This document shows, piece by piece, positions 15,638 through 16,006 of a stretch of DNA of 16,006 nt. Within the stretch, counting starts at the first letter, position 1; each line of letters begins with the position of its first letter. Under the pieces are notes generated by a model. That model saw nothing but the letters and a program-made list of their open reading frames with translations, made no database searches and was not told where the DNA came from. The stretch covers positions 1-16,006 of the forward strand of contig JBDREN010000164.1 of the NCBI GenBank assembly GCA_043819795.1. Reading direction: 5' to 3'. The position numbers were made by a program, and so were the translations under genes. This stretch comes from Elusimicrobiota bacterium (GTDB lineage: Bacteria; Elusimicrobiota; Elusimicrobia; UBA1565).

Positions 15638-16006
15638 ACCCGTCGTCCGCTCTGTTCAAGAACTGCCTTGTCCTCTCGCTCGCGGCGCACGCGGCGTTCT
15701 GGTTCCTGATCGGCCGCTTCGGACACCTGGCCCCGCCCCTGCCGCCCTTGCCCATCGAGATCGATCTGACCAAGCCGTTCGTCCTGGCTCGGCCGGGGCC
15801 GGCACGCGCCCCGCAGTCGGCCGCCGCGCCACCCACGACCGGAGCCTCCGCCCCGACGAAGGTCTCGGCCCCGCCGGAAGTCCCGACTCCGGCTCCCACG
15901 CCCCCGCGGCCCGTCGAGGTCCCGCCCGAGCCGCCGCCGGCGCCCGATTCGTTCGGCGAGCGGGCGCGGCCCGCGCCGCCGGCGGCCGTGCCGGTGGGGG
16001 AGGCGG
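15634..16006 (+). CDS. tonB: TonB/TolA-type energy transducer, N-terminal part (runs off the window; absent from the ORF track)
   Basis: GTG 15634 overlaps the exbD stop. Translates MNPSSALFKNCLVLSLAAHAAFWFLIGRF, a transmembrane helix with the SxxxH motif, then a Pro-rich linker (PPEVPTPAPTPPRPVEVPPEPPPAP). Open to the window end. Confidence 0.82.
   Translation, partial: MNPSSALFKNCLVLSLAAHAAFWFLIGRFGHLAPPLPPLPIEIDLTKPFVLARPGPARAPQSAAAPPTTGASAPTKVSAPPEVPTPAPTPPRPVEVPPEPPPAPDSFGERARPAPPAAVPVGEA

Overview
High-GC bacterial window with no integrase, transposase or CRISPR. In order: a stand-alone (alpha/alpha)6 glycosidase-like gene; a tRNA-Gly(CCC)-like sequence lacking its 5' acceptor strand, followed by a long hairpin; a ~5 kb block bracketed by a 70-71 bp direct repeat, holding an HpaA/NLBH-like lipoprotein, a secreted WD40-Ig-caspase (C14) protein and a divergent, atypical lgt; a translationally coupled M16 peptidase pair; a secreted 12xNHL + thrombospondin type-3-like + FIMAH-like protein; and a tightly coupled operon of two paralogous exported HEAT-repeat proteins with ExbB/TolQ, ExbD/TolR and a TonB/TolA-type protein running off the window end. 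A second palindromic repeat family occurs at 1639 and 9654. The best leads are the HEAT-pair/Ton operon, the repeat-bounded lipoprotein/caspase/lgt module and the truncated, possibly re-paired tRNA. All family assignments are from motif recognition by eye, not from searches.
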